This document shows, piece by piece, positions 1 to 13,500 of a stretch of DNA of 64,000 nucleotides. Position 1 is the stretch's first letter; the number at the start of each line of letters is the position of its first letter. Source of the stretch: Rhina ancylostomus (Eukaryota); assembly GCA_030265395.1 (NCBI GenBank), contig JARFYF010000094.1, forward strand, positions 33,469,913 to 33,533,912. The letters run 5' to 3'. Made by a program: the position numbers and the translations under genes. Below the pieces are notes generated by a model, which was not told the DNA's origin, searched no databases, and saw nothing but the letters and a program-made list of their open reading frames with translations.

Positions 1-489
1 TGGTGAGTCTTCATTGCACTCCCTCTATAGCAAGTATATCCCGTCTCAGGTAAGGATGCTCTAAGAATTGGAGAAAACATTTCACCTTTGCATTTCATAA
101 CATTGGTGTATAAGATTTTACACCAAAAGTCAAGAAAAATTTAAAACTTAAAACAATAAACAAACTGTTGTTTTTCCTTCTCTGCCAAACACTCTTGCAA
201 AAAAATAACTAAATATTTGAAAGACCCCCAAATAAATGCTTACATTTACGGCATTTTCCCAAGCATGAATAATAATGCAATCTTTCCAGAATTTCTACTG
301 ATGAAGCTGAAATGAGTCCCATGTTAGAATTATTTTTCACGGTATATAGGTCAATCTCTGAGAAAGCAATGATGACATGGGAAAAAAACAGATTAGTGTG
401 AATGGTTCAGCATTGCCTGACTTGGATTGGTAGATTTTCTTCATTAGTCATGCACAATGTGTAGCTTGGATGTATGTTTATTTGAGCCC

Positions 490-845
490 TGGCTCACTCT
501 TGCCTCTGAATCAGGAAGGTTGTAAAACCACCTCCCACTCCCAAGGCTTCCAAAATTCTAGTTAGACATTCCAGAGCAGTATTGAGGGAATGCTGTGTTT
601 TCAGAAGTGGTATCTTTCAAGTAAGACATTAGGCTCGGTCTCTCAGGTGTACATAAATGATTTTACAGCATGATTTGAAGGACAGCAACATTATCCTCAG
701 TGTTCTGGCCAATATTTATCCCTCAACCTACACTTCTAAAGCAGATTAGCTGATCATAATCACATTGCTATTTCCAAATTAGCTACTGTGCTACTTACAC
801 TGCAATCATGGCCACGTAGCACAAGTAATTGCTATAAAGCATTTC
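490..845 (+). mobile_element. Deu-domain SINE (SacSINE1/AmnSINE-like), degenerate
   Basis: Recognisable blocks cagtattgagggaatgctg, ctctcaggtg, gtgttctggccaatatttatccctcaacc and tail ctataaagcattt; the same core recurs at about 27100. Confidence 0.75.
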
Positions 846-1727
846 AGATAAAATAACCACCTGTTCCTATTTGGCAGGACAGTCCTTAGCTAATTCTGTC
901 CTGGTCATGAGCTGATTGAAACTAGTACAACTTCTGTCTCAGAATTCCCAGACCAACATAATGAACATGGTGGGGTTGCTGCTATTAAAAGTAAATTCAA
1001 AATTGCATCAGAATGATCCTCCCAGCAGGACCTCACAGAAGTCACTTTGAGAAACACTTCACTACAAAGGAATACAAGCCCCATCAAAAAAAGTGAAAAC
1101 CCTTTAACAGCTGGATGAGACACACCCCAGAATTAGTCAGTGTCAAAGCATTAAGACACCTGGATGTTTCCAACTTATTTAAAATCTTTCAAACCATTTT
1201 AAAAAATGGCACTGTTGTACTCTTGGAACCACTGTCATAAGAATAGTTTGCTTGCCTTCCTTTTTAAGAAATACACAAATGACCAAGTTCACATACAATG
1301 AATCACAATGTATTTGGCTATCAAAGTTATAAACAAGAATGCAATTAGCCAGAGGTGCAAGTAGGAAAGTAATCAGGTGCAATAAGATAGCCAGCTTGAT
1401 GTACCTTTTTATTATAATTACAGAGTTCTTTGAGGTGTTACTGAAAGTAACTTAAAGAAGGATGATGACATTAACAGGGTCTAAAGTTTAAGGGTGTGTT
1501 CCTTTAAGGCCACAATGCTCTTTTGTGTTAAGTAAACACTGGATGAGCCTAGGAACAAATCAAGTAAATGGCTGATGATAATTGGTTCTGATACATTTTG
1601 TTTCCAGAGAGCTTTTCTACTCTTACAAATCATTGCTCGATTTTCCTTTTAAAGTAAATATGACACTGTAATTCACAGCATGTCACCATCTGGAACTTGA
1701 GTGTTGATATTTCTCTCTCCTTGATCT

Positions 1728-2090
1728 GGGTGGCACAATGGTGCAGCAGCTAGTGTTAGTGTGGCATCCCTCCAATGATCTGGGTTCAATTCTGACCTCC
1801 AGTGANNNNNNNNNNNNNNNNNNNNNNNNNNNNNNNNNNNNNATGAGAATTTCCCGATGCTCCAGTTTCCTCCCACATCCCAAAGACATGCTGTATACCA
1901 GGTTAATTGGTCACTGTAAATTATCCGTAGTGTAAGTGAGTGGAAGGGGAGTCAGGGTAGAATTGATGGGCATGAGAGAGAGAATAGGCAACAGGGGCAA
2001 AAATGGGGGAAAAGGATTGATGGGGTTTCTCTGAGAGCCTGTATAGACCCAAAGGGCTGAATGGCTTCCTATGTTGTGAGAGAATATGAA
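1728..2090 (+). mobile_element. HE1-like V-SINE
   Basis: tRNA-like head (gggtggcacaatggtgcagc...ctgggttcaattctgacc), V-domain ctccagtttcctcccacatcccaaagacatg...aggttaattggtcactgtaaatt and CR1-type tail gggctgaatggcttcct. Confidence 0.8.
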
Positions 2091-2822
2091 GTATGAGATA
2101 ATCTGACGTTCACCAGGCACAGCATACCCAAGCAGTGATATGTTCATGCATGATCCTTGCTCTGAGAACTTCAAAAAAAGGAAGACAGCTATAGTCGGAG
2201 AGAGCCCAAAAGGCAGCAGCCAGAAGGCCCCAGGGACCAAAGAATTTGCTGGAAGTAAACCAGACTGATCAGTCATACTAGTGTAATTCAAACCTGCCGT
2301 CAATCTCTTCTCACGTTTACTGGCCATGTTTGTAGTCTGGCCATGCTATTATCATGTGTGTTGACTCATATTGCTTCATGTCTACTTGTTCCACAGTATT
2401 TCAACAGCTACAGCTGTTTACCTGTGTCTTTCACCCATGTAATGCTTCAATCTTTCCAAAGGTAGACTGGGTGGAGAGAAGTGACCAGTTAAGATATCAC
2501 TGAGCTGCTTCACTTCATAGCATGTAGGTATAGAACACCAGCTGTAATGGCTGGCTTGGATATACTTTGCTTTCAATATTAATTAAAATAATGAATTACG
2601 ATATACTACATTGACACAGTATTTATTTATAATTGTAAGATTTTTGTACAACCATCTAATAAATCCCAGTCTTTGCATTCTGCGGTTCTTCAATCTCTAA
2701 TGTCAGCTTTTATACAAATTTACTACCCCTACCCAATTGCCTAATTTGGCAAAGTCCCTCCCTAGCAGAGGTCAAATGAGTAGAATCAATAAAGTAGCAA
2801 TTAGTAAAAATGATCAAAAGTA

Positions 2823-3275
2823 CAGTGGCCTGCAAAAGTTTGGGCACCCCAGTCAAAATTTCTGTTACTGTGAATAGTTCAGTGAGTAGAAGATGAACTG
2901 ATCTCTAAAAGTCATAACGTTAAAGATGAAACATTCTTTTCAACATTTTAAGCAAGATTAGTGTATTGTTTTTGTTTTGTACAATTTTAGAGTGAAAAAA
3001 GGAAAGGAGCACCATGCAAAAGTTTGGGCACCCCAAGAGATTTGANNNNNNNNNNNNNNNNNNNNNNNNNNNNNNNNNNNNNNNNNNNNNNNNNNNNNNN
3101 NNNNNNNNNNNNNNNNNNNNNNNNNNNNNNNNNNNNNNNNNNNNNGCTTAAAATATTAAAGAAATGTGTCATCTTTAACTTTATGCCTTTTGGAAATCAG
3201 GTCATCTTTTACTCACTTAGCTGTTCACAGTAACAGAAATTTTGACCAGGGTGCCCAAACTTTTGCATGCCACTG
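2823..3275. mobile_element. Tc1/mariner DNA transposon with long IR/DR-type inverted repeats; interior hidden by a gap
   Basis: TA flanks at 2821-2822 and 3276-3277. Ends cagtggcctgcaaaagtttgggcaccc and gggtgcccaaacttttgcatgccactg. The inverted match extends over 100 bp. Inner direct repeat atgcaaaagtttgggcacccc at about 3014-3034. 100-N gap at 3046-3145. Confidence 0.9.
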
Positions 3276-6200
3276 TATATGCCACTATCTTTCACTGTCT
3301 GCTATATGCTGGTACAGAAACCTCATCTGAATGTTAATCTATGGGTTAGATCATGCTGGCTGATCAGAACTGACTGTGTTCTGTCACTTGAACTGAAGTC
3401 CCAGACTTGTGTGCATTCTGGAATGCTGATGTCAGGCACATACTGACAGATACATGGGGCCCAACCTGTAAATATGCCCCTGCACTAGATAAACTATTTG
3501 ATCCAACAGCAGGGCCCAGTTTCAGATCTTGTACTGGTTCAGACTTGTCAGGTACAGATTTAGGAGGAAAAGGGTAAGCTACCTTTTAAGTTGTTCTTAC
3601 ATAAAATGCTTTCATTTTTGTGTGTTCATATGTTTGAATTTTTTTTATAAAATGCTTTTAATTCTTGACATCAATTTTAATAGTTTTTAAAACATCTCCA
3701 AATGTTAAAGACATTGAACATTTTGCATAACCTACAGGTTTCACAAATGGCAAAGCTCCGCCCTTAGTTCTGTGAGTTGTCAGGGCCTGTCAAGCTGTTC
3801 TGAAGGACAGACCTCTGCACCCGTGCTGCTTACAGTCTAAACGTCAGCCAGGCATTAAGATGCAATGCACAGCACAACAGTTCTTCCACTTTTGGCCTAG
3901 GTAAATGTAGGTGAGTAGAGACTGAAGGCAGTGCCTCCAGGAAAAAGGCATGGTCTAGCACAGTTCGCCCATATCTCATTGCCTTGCCAGCTTGTCAACT
4001 TTCCTATGAAAACTAAGTTTATGCTATGAAAATGTTTACATTTTCAAATTTATTAAGTATACTAATATTTGAAAATACCACGAACACTTGAGGCAGCATA
4101 ATCATAAACCCAGAAATGTGGCACTACTTGTCAAGCTCTGTGGTACCCTTTATACACCTTGGTCCACAAAGGTCCCTGGCTTAAGGTTCAGTGCTTTCTT
4201 TGGGATCTTTCTAGAGAATGATGGAGTAAATTAAAGAGGGGGCATCACACACCTGCTTCATTTCTGTAACAACAATGGGCCTGTGCCACTAACAGGATTA
4301 TGATCAGGTCTGTAATATTTAGGAAGTCCCTCCAAATCCAAGAAACACAGATAAGATATATCCATTGCTCCTTCTTCTCCCATTACTCGAGGGAACCAGG
4401 TGATCCCCAAGTACCACAAAAAGCAAATTCAGCTCACTGAATGCCGTGGACAGGGGATTTAAGCAGATATAAAATGTTATATTGCGAGCCAATCCCCCAC
4501 TGTGTTGCAGGTGGTGAGTTCGATGGTATTGCAGCGTAGGGATAGAAATGCACAAATATATATTAACATTACCAATCATATATAGATGCCCTAACGTTCT
4601 ACAATAGGCAAAATGCCCAGAGTTTTATATGCATGGCTAGGGTCACCTTGATTTTTAGCAAAGGAAGAGTCCTGAGGTTTTACTACAGTGTGATTGGGTG
4701 AGTGTTGTGGCTTTACACCATGCCAGCCTGGGTTTAAAAGCACCACAGAAATGGCTTATTTGGGTTTGGGAGTACTTTCCTTCTTTATAAAACTTCAAAG
4801 GCACTCAGTGCCTATAAAGCATTTTGGGATATCCTGAGGTCACGAAAAGGTCCTAAATAAATCAGAGTTATTTATTTTTTCTTTGTGTCTTTATGTCATT
4901 TATGCCACAGTTTAGCAGTATGGCAGGAGGTGGGATTGATGGCACTGTCTCCTATGCCTCAACAGCATTAAGAGGAACTTGTGATTTTGTTTGTGAGGTT
5001 GTGGAATTTCATTCACTGGAGGCCTTTTGTGATCCATCAGCATTGAAGGGAGAGGGTATAAATGCACTGGAATGGTGCCTGACTGTGATATTTTAGGAAA
5101 GTTGTCGAGGTCTGAGAACTTCATGGAAAAATTCTTTGGATGGCTTTGGGGAGGGGAAACTGGAGTAGCTGGTAATTCACTTCAGCTGACAAGAGTGATC
5201 CAAAGTAACTCTAACCCTAGGCTTTCGAGAGGTGCTGAAGTTTTCATGTAAATACAGTAATGGTGCTACTCAGAGACACCAAAGACAATTTCATTGTTTT
5301 AAGTTTAAATATGTTATGAGGGAAGGTGTTATTTTTTTCCTATCCAATTATGTTAAAACCATACTTTGAACCTATACCTGATATGCTGAGAGAGAAATAA
5401 CGGTACCAAGTACTTTAAGTAACTTGATTGGACTGCCTCATTTGTAAGAAATATGCAAATGAAATTACAATTAATACATTATAAAGCAGCATATTAGCCT
5501 ATCAGCTGGGATAAACTTGCATTGCGCTGAAACAACTTTAACACAGCAGAGAAGCAGCTGCATGAAAAAGCGATATAAAAATGGCAGTACAAGAAACAGA
5601 GATCAGTAACAGGAAACATAAAGAAAGATCACACCAAACTTAGCATTTTGATAAAATCTGCAGATCTCCTGTGACGTTGCACATGGTAATTTTGAGAAGG
5701 TGGTCATTATTTTAAATCTTTTACTTTAGTTTTGCTGTTTCTGTCCATCTTTTTTTGCTAGCTCTCTTCAAAATCTGTGTCTCTAGCCATTCCATACCCC
5801 TCTATTTTTCTGTCATCTTTTTCCCCTTGAACAACCTAATTTATTTTAAAAATTATTTCATATTTGTCACTTTAACCCTGTTACCCAATCCTCATTCTGT
5901 TTCTTTCCTTCTCCTGAACTCCTAAAACCCTGTGCCACCAATTCCTCCAAAATGGCTTTTGATCTTTCAACTTTCTATTGGGTACAGGGAGAGGAAGATT
6001 GTGAGGTGGCAAAAACACCATGACCAGGATTTTACAGAAGACTTTTGAAATGAAGGCTAGAAAAATAAACAGATCTAGGAGATGAGAGCAGTGGGAAAAC
6101 TGTGTGCGCAGTTGGGTGGGTTGAGAGCTCCAATGTAGTCAAGGTAAATTAATTTCCCCTGTTCACAGGAATGTAGGAAAGCTTTCTGCAGAGTTATCTG

Positions 6201-8384
6201 AGAAGTATTAATCAATTAAAATATGTACTTCCAAGTCTTGCACTATGACAACCTCCAGAGAAAAAACACTCAAGACTAGTAGTTCTACTCAAATGCACTC
6301 TCATTGGTGTGGACAGTGGCATAAAACCAAATGAAGCAGGGAAATTACATGGAAATAAAAAAGACAACCAAACCTCTACTTTATAGTAGTGTAGTTGAGG
6401 ACAAATTGGTGTGAGAGAAATATCATCTGGCTCTTTGACTTTTCTCTCTTGAATAAGTTCACTGCTTGTCCTTTAGTCAATACTTTTATCACACTTCCAA
6501 AGAATTATAATACTCATCTATTGTCTGTGCCAGAAGGCAGCTGAGTATGGCACCAAACCAGGGAAGATAAACAAGCAACTTGTCCAGGTCTCTACTGAAA
6601 AGCAATGAACACATAATTAACAGACTCCTGGGTCAGGCTGCCCTTAAAATCCCTAAAAATCTTTCATTCATACCAAGTGGAGGAAGGTGGCCCAAGTACA
6701 AACTGCCAACTGCCTCAACACAGAACTGCAAAACAGCATGTATAAAAGCTCCACACTCTGTGTAAAACAGTCAAGGTTGTACCACTGTGTCCCTCCTGTT
6801 TTTGCCCACTAAAAGCACATCTCCTCTTAAAACCAACCCTTCCCAAAACCATCGGAATTCCACAACCTAGGATCCCCTTCTCCATTCAGGGCTAGAAATG
6901 GTAGTCTTTTTTTGCTACTTCAAATATCAACAAAATTAGATTTTAAGTAACTCAATTATATGGCAGGGATTGCCTCAGCATATCTCCAGGGGTTGGGGAT
7001 AATTGGCAGTTCCAAACTGGGCAAAGAAATATATTCAGCGACTTTAAGTCTAATTCTTGTTATTCTGCTGCAGACCAGGTAGAAATGAACACACAAAGGC
7101 TTCCTGAAGTATTTAGTATCATGACTAAACTTAATATTACACATACTGTTCCAAGTTCCATGTTCTAAGAACTGCACTTTATTACTTTTGTGCACTGAAA
7201 GCTGCAAATTCCTTACCAAACAGTGGAACTTGCAATGAAGATATTTTTTTCTAATACTACATTTTTGATTTTAATAAAGCTGATTAGCAGACTATAATCT
7301 AAACCACACAACTTAATAGAATGATTGTTCTTCAGTTATCAAAAACAGAGGTCATTTGCAATGAGCTGATTAAAGAAACAAAGTGGTTCTGTCCTTTGCA
7401 CCATCTCATTTGATATTGTGAAGTGTGAGGGATTGTTTATGTAAATTGATCTTGATGATACACAAGAGGAACACCTGAGGGAAACCCCAAGTTTGTAACA
7501 GCTGCATTTTCCCATAAGTGGTTTTCATTATAGAATATTCCTTTATCTATAAAACAATATATTAAAATAATGAGTAAATTGCAACAGTTAAATTACATCA
7601 GAAATCCCTGTGTTAGGCTCTGTCCAGTGCAAAATGTATCATAAGGTATCAATATTTGCATGCATTATCTATTATACTCATCAACATTGCTGTGATGGGG
7701 ATTTGAATATTAAATGTTGCTTGAACACATGCTGTTAAAACAATATCTACTACATTGAGTAAAGAGGGCACAGAATGAAATATAACTGAGGAAATTGATG
7801 TGACCCTGAATGCATTTGCAACCTCACGATAAACTTCTGTTCTAGAACAATCCAAGATGGATTCAGAGTCACAAGAATCTATAAAAGTACATTTAAAACT
7901 TACATTTTGTCACTATTCCCCTGCCTTCACAACCATCACCAAACCTCACTACTGTGGCTTTCACTTTGGAGATTTTGTTGTGCTATAACCCATTAAATTT
8001 TAGGATAGCATTAATAATCCACTTTTTGCAACCGATCTATTCCATTCTGTCGTGTATATAGGACAATGCCCCTCATAACATGCCAAAATTCCCCTTTCTT
8101 TCAACATCAACTCAAAAAAATCGGGTGATAGCAGATCAGTTGTCTGCTCTACAATCTGCCTCCTTTGGGTTCCATGTCAGTTGGCAAGCAAAACTAGGAG
8201 GAAAGCACAAAAGGAAGCTCATCTGCTGCCACTTGTTTTGTGCCTTTGCTAAAGTTCAATTTTTGCCATTCCTCTACACATGGACTGCTGCAAGGGATAA
8301 CTATAATTTACACCTTGTGCATTTTATCGAATAAAGAATAAACCACATGTAGCAGATTGAAGTTAGGCACGATAAACATAATGT

Positions 8385-11300
8385 AAGAAAGGAGCTGAGA
8401 TTGCCCAGTCAGCCCATTAAGCCTGTTCTACCAATCAATAAGAAAACAGTCATCTCCCCTCTCAGAATCCTGTATGATTCAGTCAGATTCCCTGTTGTTA
8501 TTCTGAAATGCAAAATGTCTAGGTCCACACTACTTGATCTCTTCTAAAAGACACTCTGTCATGCCAGGAATTAATCAAGACGATCAGGGTGTCCAATACC
8601 AATTACTCTGGTAAATCTTGTTCATTCTACCTCTAAGGCAAGTGTATCTTTCCTTGGGTATGTAGACTGAAACTCCAAATGTGGTCACATCAAAGCCCTG
8701 CATAAATGCAGCAATATTTCCCTCCTTTTCTGTGCCAACCACAATGCAATAAAGAGCAACATATCACTTGCTGCCTCTAATATGCCCCAAGTAACTTTAT
8801 TTCAACTTACTGGATTTCCTTTAGGAAGACACCAAATTCCTCTCATTACAAATAGTTACTAGATTCTCACTGTTTAAAAAATATTCTGCTTTGCTTATTT
8901 GTATGAAAATGAGAAATATTGCATTTTCTTGTATTTTACCTCATGTCCCACCTTCTTCCTCATTCACTTAACCTGTCTATTTATCCCTTTGCAAACTTTT
9001 CCTCACAGATTACATTCCCATCCACGTTTGCATCATCAGCAAACTTGCACATATTATTTTACTTTCATCTAAATATTAATAAAGATGTAAACAACTGAAA
9101 CCTCACATTGATCCTTGTATCAACCCACTGTAAACAGGCTGTCTATTCCCAGACTGTTTTATTGTCCTTTAGCTAACTCTCCATTCACCAATACTCAATC
9201 TTATAAGCAGTTATTTTAGGTAAAAAAAACTTGTGTGCTATGACATCAGATGTCTTTTGAAATTACAAAAATTAGACATCCATCAATTATCCCTTATCTG
9301 CTCTATGTATTATCTTCATTAGTATAGACACAATCAAGATTAAACAGTTTCCTATTTGTGCAGTANNNNNNNNNNNNNNNNNNNNNNNNNNNNNNNNNNN
9401 NNNNNNNNTACAACAGAACAGCAAAAAAGAAAGTATATGCTGGAGTAAAGACATTGCCCTGCTTAGCACCAGTCTGCAATGAGGTTGGATCTGCTGTGGA
9501 CCAGTGGTTAAGATCACAGCTCACATGCCATCACGTATCAGGCATAAAATGAAAATGAATTTTTGTGGGCAAACAAATGTGGAAAGTTGCTCCACAGTCC
9601 CTTTTGACTGAAGGGGTGCAAGACTTCTGAGAGATCAAAAAAGGTCATGTATCTCTGCATTTCTCTGACACCTTCAATCTAGAACCAAGGTCACCCTAAC
9701 TTCAGTCATTTAGCTGCAGTATGTGGACAATGCCAGTAGGTGGCTGAGTTCCAAGTCATTGTCAACTCTTTAACTAAAACATACTAAAGAATGGATCTTA
9801 CATTTAATGTGTGCAAACCAAAGGTCCCCTATCAACTTGCCTCTGGTATACAACAAAACTTCTTACAACAAAGATACAGAAGGAACTTCTGGAAAATGTG
9901 GATCACTGGCATATCTTGAGAGCCACTTCTCAATGAAGGCAAATATTGCTGACCATTGTGCCAGCATTGTCTCTTGCCATCTGGCAGAGTGTTTGAAAAT
10001 CAGGACTTCAAAGCCAACAGCGATCCTTGCCCTCCTGTATGCCTCCAAGTCACAGTTAAACACAGCAGGCACCTCAGAAGAAGCAGAGGATTACCACCAA
10101 CACCATCTCTGGAAAATCCTCCAAATCCACTGGCAGGATAAATAAACAAATATCAGGGTCATTTCCCAAAATATTATCCCTAGCATTGAGGCATTAATTA
10201 CACTGAGTGGCTAGGCAACATTTTTCTCAAGCCCAACATCAGAATTCAAAATCATTCTGTCCATAGTTCTACCATGGCAAGTGATTACCAAGTGGATAGA
10301 GGAAACAAGGTAAAACATCTCCATCGTCTCATAAGAATTTTGGTGCAAGACCACTCAAGATGAAAAAAAAAGTATCTGAGATGGTATTGCAAACCTCATT
10401 CCTTTATCAGGATCACACCACCTGCCAAACCACCCAGCTGCCGGCCTTGTCAAGAACTTCCTATTCCTCTTGTTGAAGAATCTGCAGGTCCCACATTGGC
10501 CTCATCAGTCAAATCAGAACCCAGTCCCAGTGTAGAAGCAAGTCATCCTCAATCCCCAGGGACAGCCAGAGAGAGGGAGAGGGAATTATCCTCACAAACA
10601 ATTACATGATTTATCAAATATGATTTCCCTTTCATTAGGCCATGGCCACTCTGCCTAACCATATTATGATTTTCTAAGTGCTCAGTTATGATTTCCTTAA
10701 TTAATGGATTCCATCATTTTCTTGACAAACAACGTCTGTAGTTCCCTCCTTTCTTGCACAGTGATGTTTCATTTGCTACTTTCCAATCTACTGGGACAGA
10801 TTTTAGGGAATTTCAGATGACCACCACCATGCATCTGTCATCTCTGCAACCATTCCTTTTAAATCCCTAGGATAAAAGCCATTAGGTTTCAGAGATTTTC
10901 CATTTTTAGTCTCATTATTTTCTCTAATATTTTCTTTTTACTAACTATAATCATTTTAGCTCATTGCCTTCATTATATTATTTGTGCTTCATATGACATA
11001 AACAAAATATTTATGTAAAATTTAAACTACTTTCTTATTCCCAGTTCCAACTTCCCTTGCCTTAACTCCAAAGGCTCCTACATATACCTTTATTATTCTC
11101 TTTTTGCATACCTATAGACACTATCACTTGCTAGCTTGTTTCCTTATTCTTTCTCCACCTTTATTAAAATATTCCAGTTCATATACTGACTTCAAAACTT
11201 CCCAATCTTCACAATGAACAAGCAACATTATAATTTCTTCCTTTAATCTATCACTTTTGCCAATCTCTTTAACTACAGATGGATAATTTTCCCCATATGT

Positions 11301-11500
11301 TCTTTTATTTCTCAAAGTAATGTCTATTTGTTAAGAATTATGAAGCATTTCTTTAAATGTTTACCTCTCATCATATCTTTTAATCTAAGTTCCCACAGCT
11401 CAATCCAATGTAATTGGCTTTATTTAAAGTTAAGACTTCAGTTTTGGACTCTCAGACTCATTGTAACAATTGATCACATCATTCTTCCCACCAAATTAGT
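8385..11500 (-). mobile_element. Degenerate CR1-type LINE interrupted by an RTE LINE
   Basis: CR1 3'-end signature at about 8390-8440 (cagcccattaagcctgttcta). RT-region remnants (tgcatcatcagcaaacttg, the reverse of the FADD motif; tgatttccctttcat) lie on both sides of the RTE. Confidence 0.65.
9420..10580 (+). mobile_element. RTE-clade LINE 3' fragment
   Basis: ORF 9807-10145 contains LLYAS...YHQHHLWKILQIHWQDK, like the RTE C-terminal LLYGSETW...FHQRCLRKILxIxWQD. Ends in gaagcaagtcatcctcaatccccagggacagcc plus a purine tail. The 5' boundary is uncertain. Confidence 0.75.
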
Positions 11501-13169
11501 GATTACCCATGTCTCATTGTGCCAATTGACAAGCATTAAAATAAACTGTTCCCTTGAATTTCGATGACTTACTGTTCAAGGAAAAACTTTCAATTTCATT
11601 CTATTAACTCTTCTCCTAACTACTTTGAAGTACCTAACAGTGAGCATGTATTTAATAACCGCTAGGAGGAAGCTTGGCATTTGGTGAATTTCCAGATTCT
11701 GATTCATAGCAACATTTTTGATAGCATGGGGGTGAAATATTGTGTTTGAATAAGTGAATGATTTTAAGTTTATAATAGTGTTCCATCGATATATCACAAT
11801 GGAAGATGTGTGTTTGAGATTATGTGAGAGGAAGAGTACAGATGTCTATGAGCAATGAGGATGGAGTTTTTGGATCTACAAACAGATTTGATTTTTTTTT
11901 CAACTAACAGGTTGTCAGCGGTGTGCTCGTGATAAGTCAGAGGTTAACACATTAGGGGATTGCCAACATAGTGTGACAGGGAAAGTTTCACAGGAAATAA
12001 AAGTGGCGTTTACAGGATGTTCACGTTATGTGCAAGGCTTCTAATGGATGATGGATTATAAACTAACAGTGCTGAAAATATAGTTAACATTTTGTTTTAA
12101 GAATAAATATTTCAATTCTAGTATTAGAAAATTTACTCTTTAGTGATCACTCATCCAGTAGCAAATGTCTCAAAACACGATGCCAACCAAGTTAATCTTG
12201 CAGGTTATTACACCATTAATGGTATTGTGTCAAAATCAAGAGTTTATTTTGTAGTAGGACCATAGATCTTAACAAAGCATTGCTAGCAGTAGTTTTATCT
12301 TCTGCTATTCCTTTTAGGAATATCACTTTCAAATGCATTCCCAATTTGGTTTTCTTGGCTAGATCCGAATACTTTAATATCAGCAGATAATTTTCAACCA
12401 ACAATGCACTTTTAAAATTATACAGCAACCATTCTATTTCTAAAGTTTTAGTAAGATAGCTACTTCACATTGTTTGATTTGTTTTTTTGGACAATATTAA
12501 AGTTTTGACTTCTGGTATAACCAATTCTTTTCAGATGAAAACAATTACGCTTCTTTTTCAACAAACATTTGTGAAAAGGTTATGTTTTATATTAGCCACA
12601 TGTTCATAACCCTATTCTGTCAGGTTACTTGAAATGTTGCCACTATTGAAAAAATAATGGTCTGGTTAAATTTTGTTTTGTATTTTGATGACTGGTTTCA
12701 GTTACAGATCAGTCACGTAATGGCACACCAAGTACATTTTTCACACTGCTTGTTCAAAACACAGAAATGACATTAATTTAACTTGCAATGGAAAACAGAA
12801 TACAATTAAGAACATCCTAATTGAACTGAACTCCCTCACAGCTACAATAACGTAGATCCAAGTTATACAGACAAGGAATATCCCAAATTTTAAGTTCTCA
12901 GCTAGAACAATACCCGAAACACAAGATGTTTCTTCCCTCCCTCATCCTAACAAGAGGGAAATGAGCCATGGTTCTAGTATCTTAAGATATCTGGTAATCC
13001 TTGCAAAAAATATACCAGCGTAAATGCCAGATGAATTTCAGTTAAGATTCCTTCAACAAATTTCCTTTGACCATTCTTTGTTGGGTTTCACACAAAAATG
13101 GAAGTAATGGCTTCAAACTGCCAGTGAGGAACTTTTGAGGTATGTTTATTCTTTTGGGAAACTCTGATG

Positions 13170-13500
13170 TCATCTGCACACAGCAAGCTCCCATGAACAG
13201 CAAAATAATAAAAATAAACCGCTAATATGTCTTGAAAAAACTGATTCAGGGATAAATATTAACCAGAGCACTGGAAATAATTATCTTATTCTTCAGCATA
13301 GGTTTAATCACCAGGGAGCAAATGGGGCTTTGGTTTAATTTTAATACTTATCCTAAAAATGGCAGCTCTGAGGATGCAGCACTTTCTCCGTACTGCATCG
13401 AAGCATCACCCTAGAGCTATGTGCTCAGATTGGTCAAGCAGGACTGGAACCCACAGCTTACTGACTCACGGACTAAAGTGTTACCATATGAGTCGCAGCT
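13170..13500 (-). mobile_element. Deu-domain SINE (SacSINE1-like)
   Basis: Reverse-complement blocks cacagcaagctcccatgaacagcaa, agggataaatattaaccagagcactgg, tgcagcactttctccgtactgca and ggactggaacccacagc. Confidence 0.7.
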
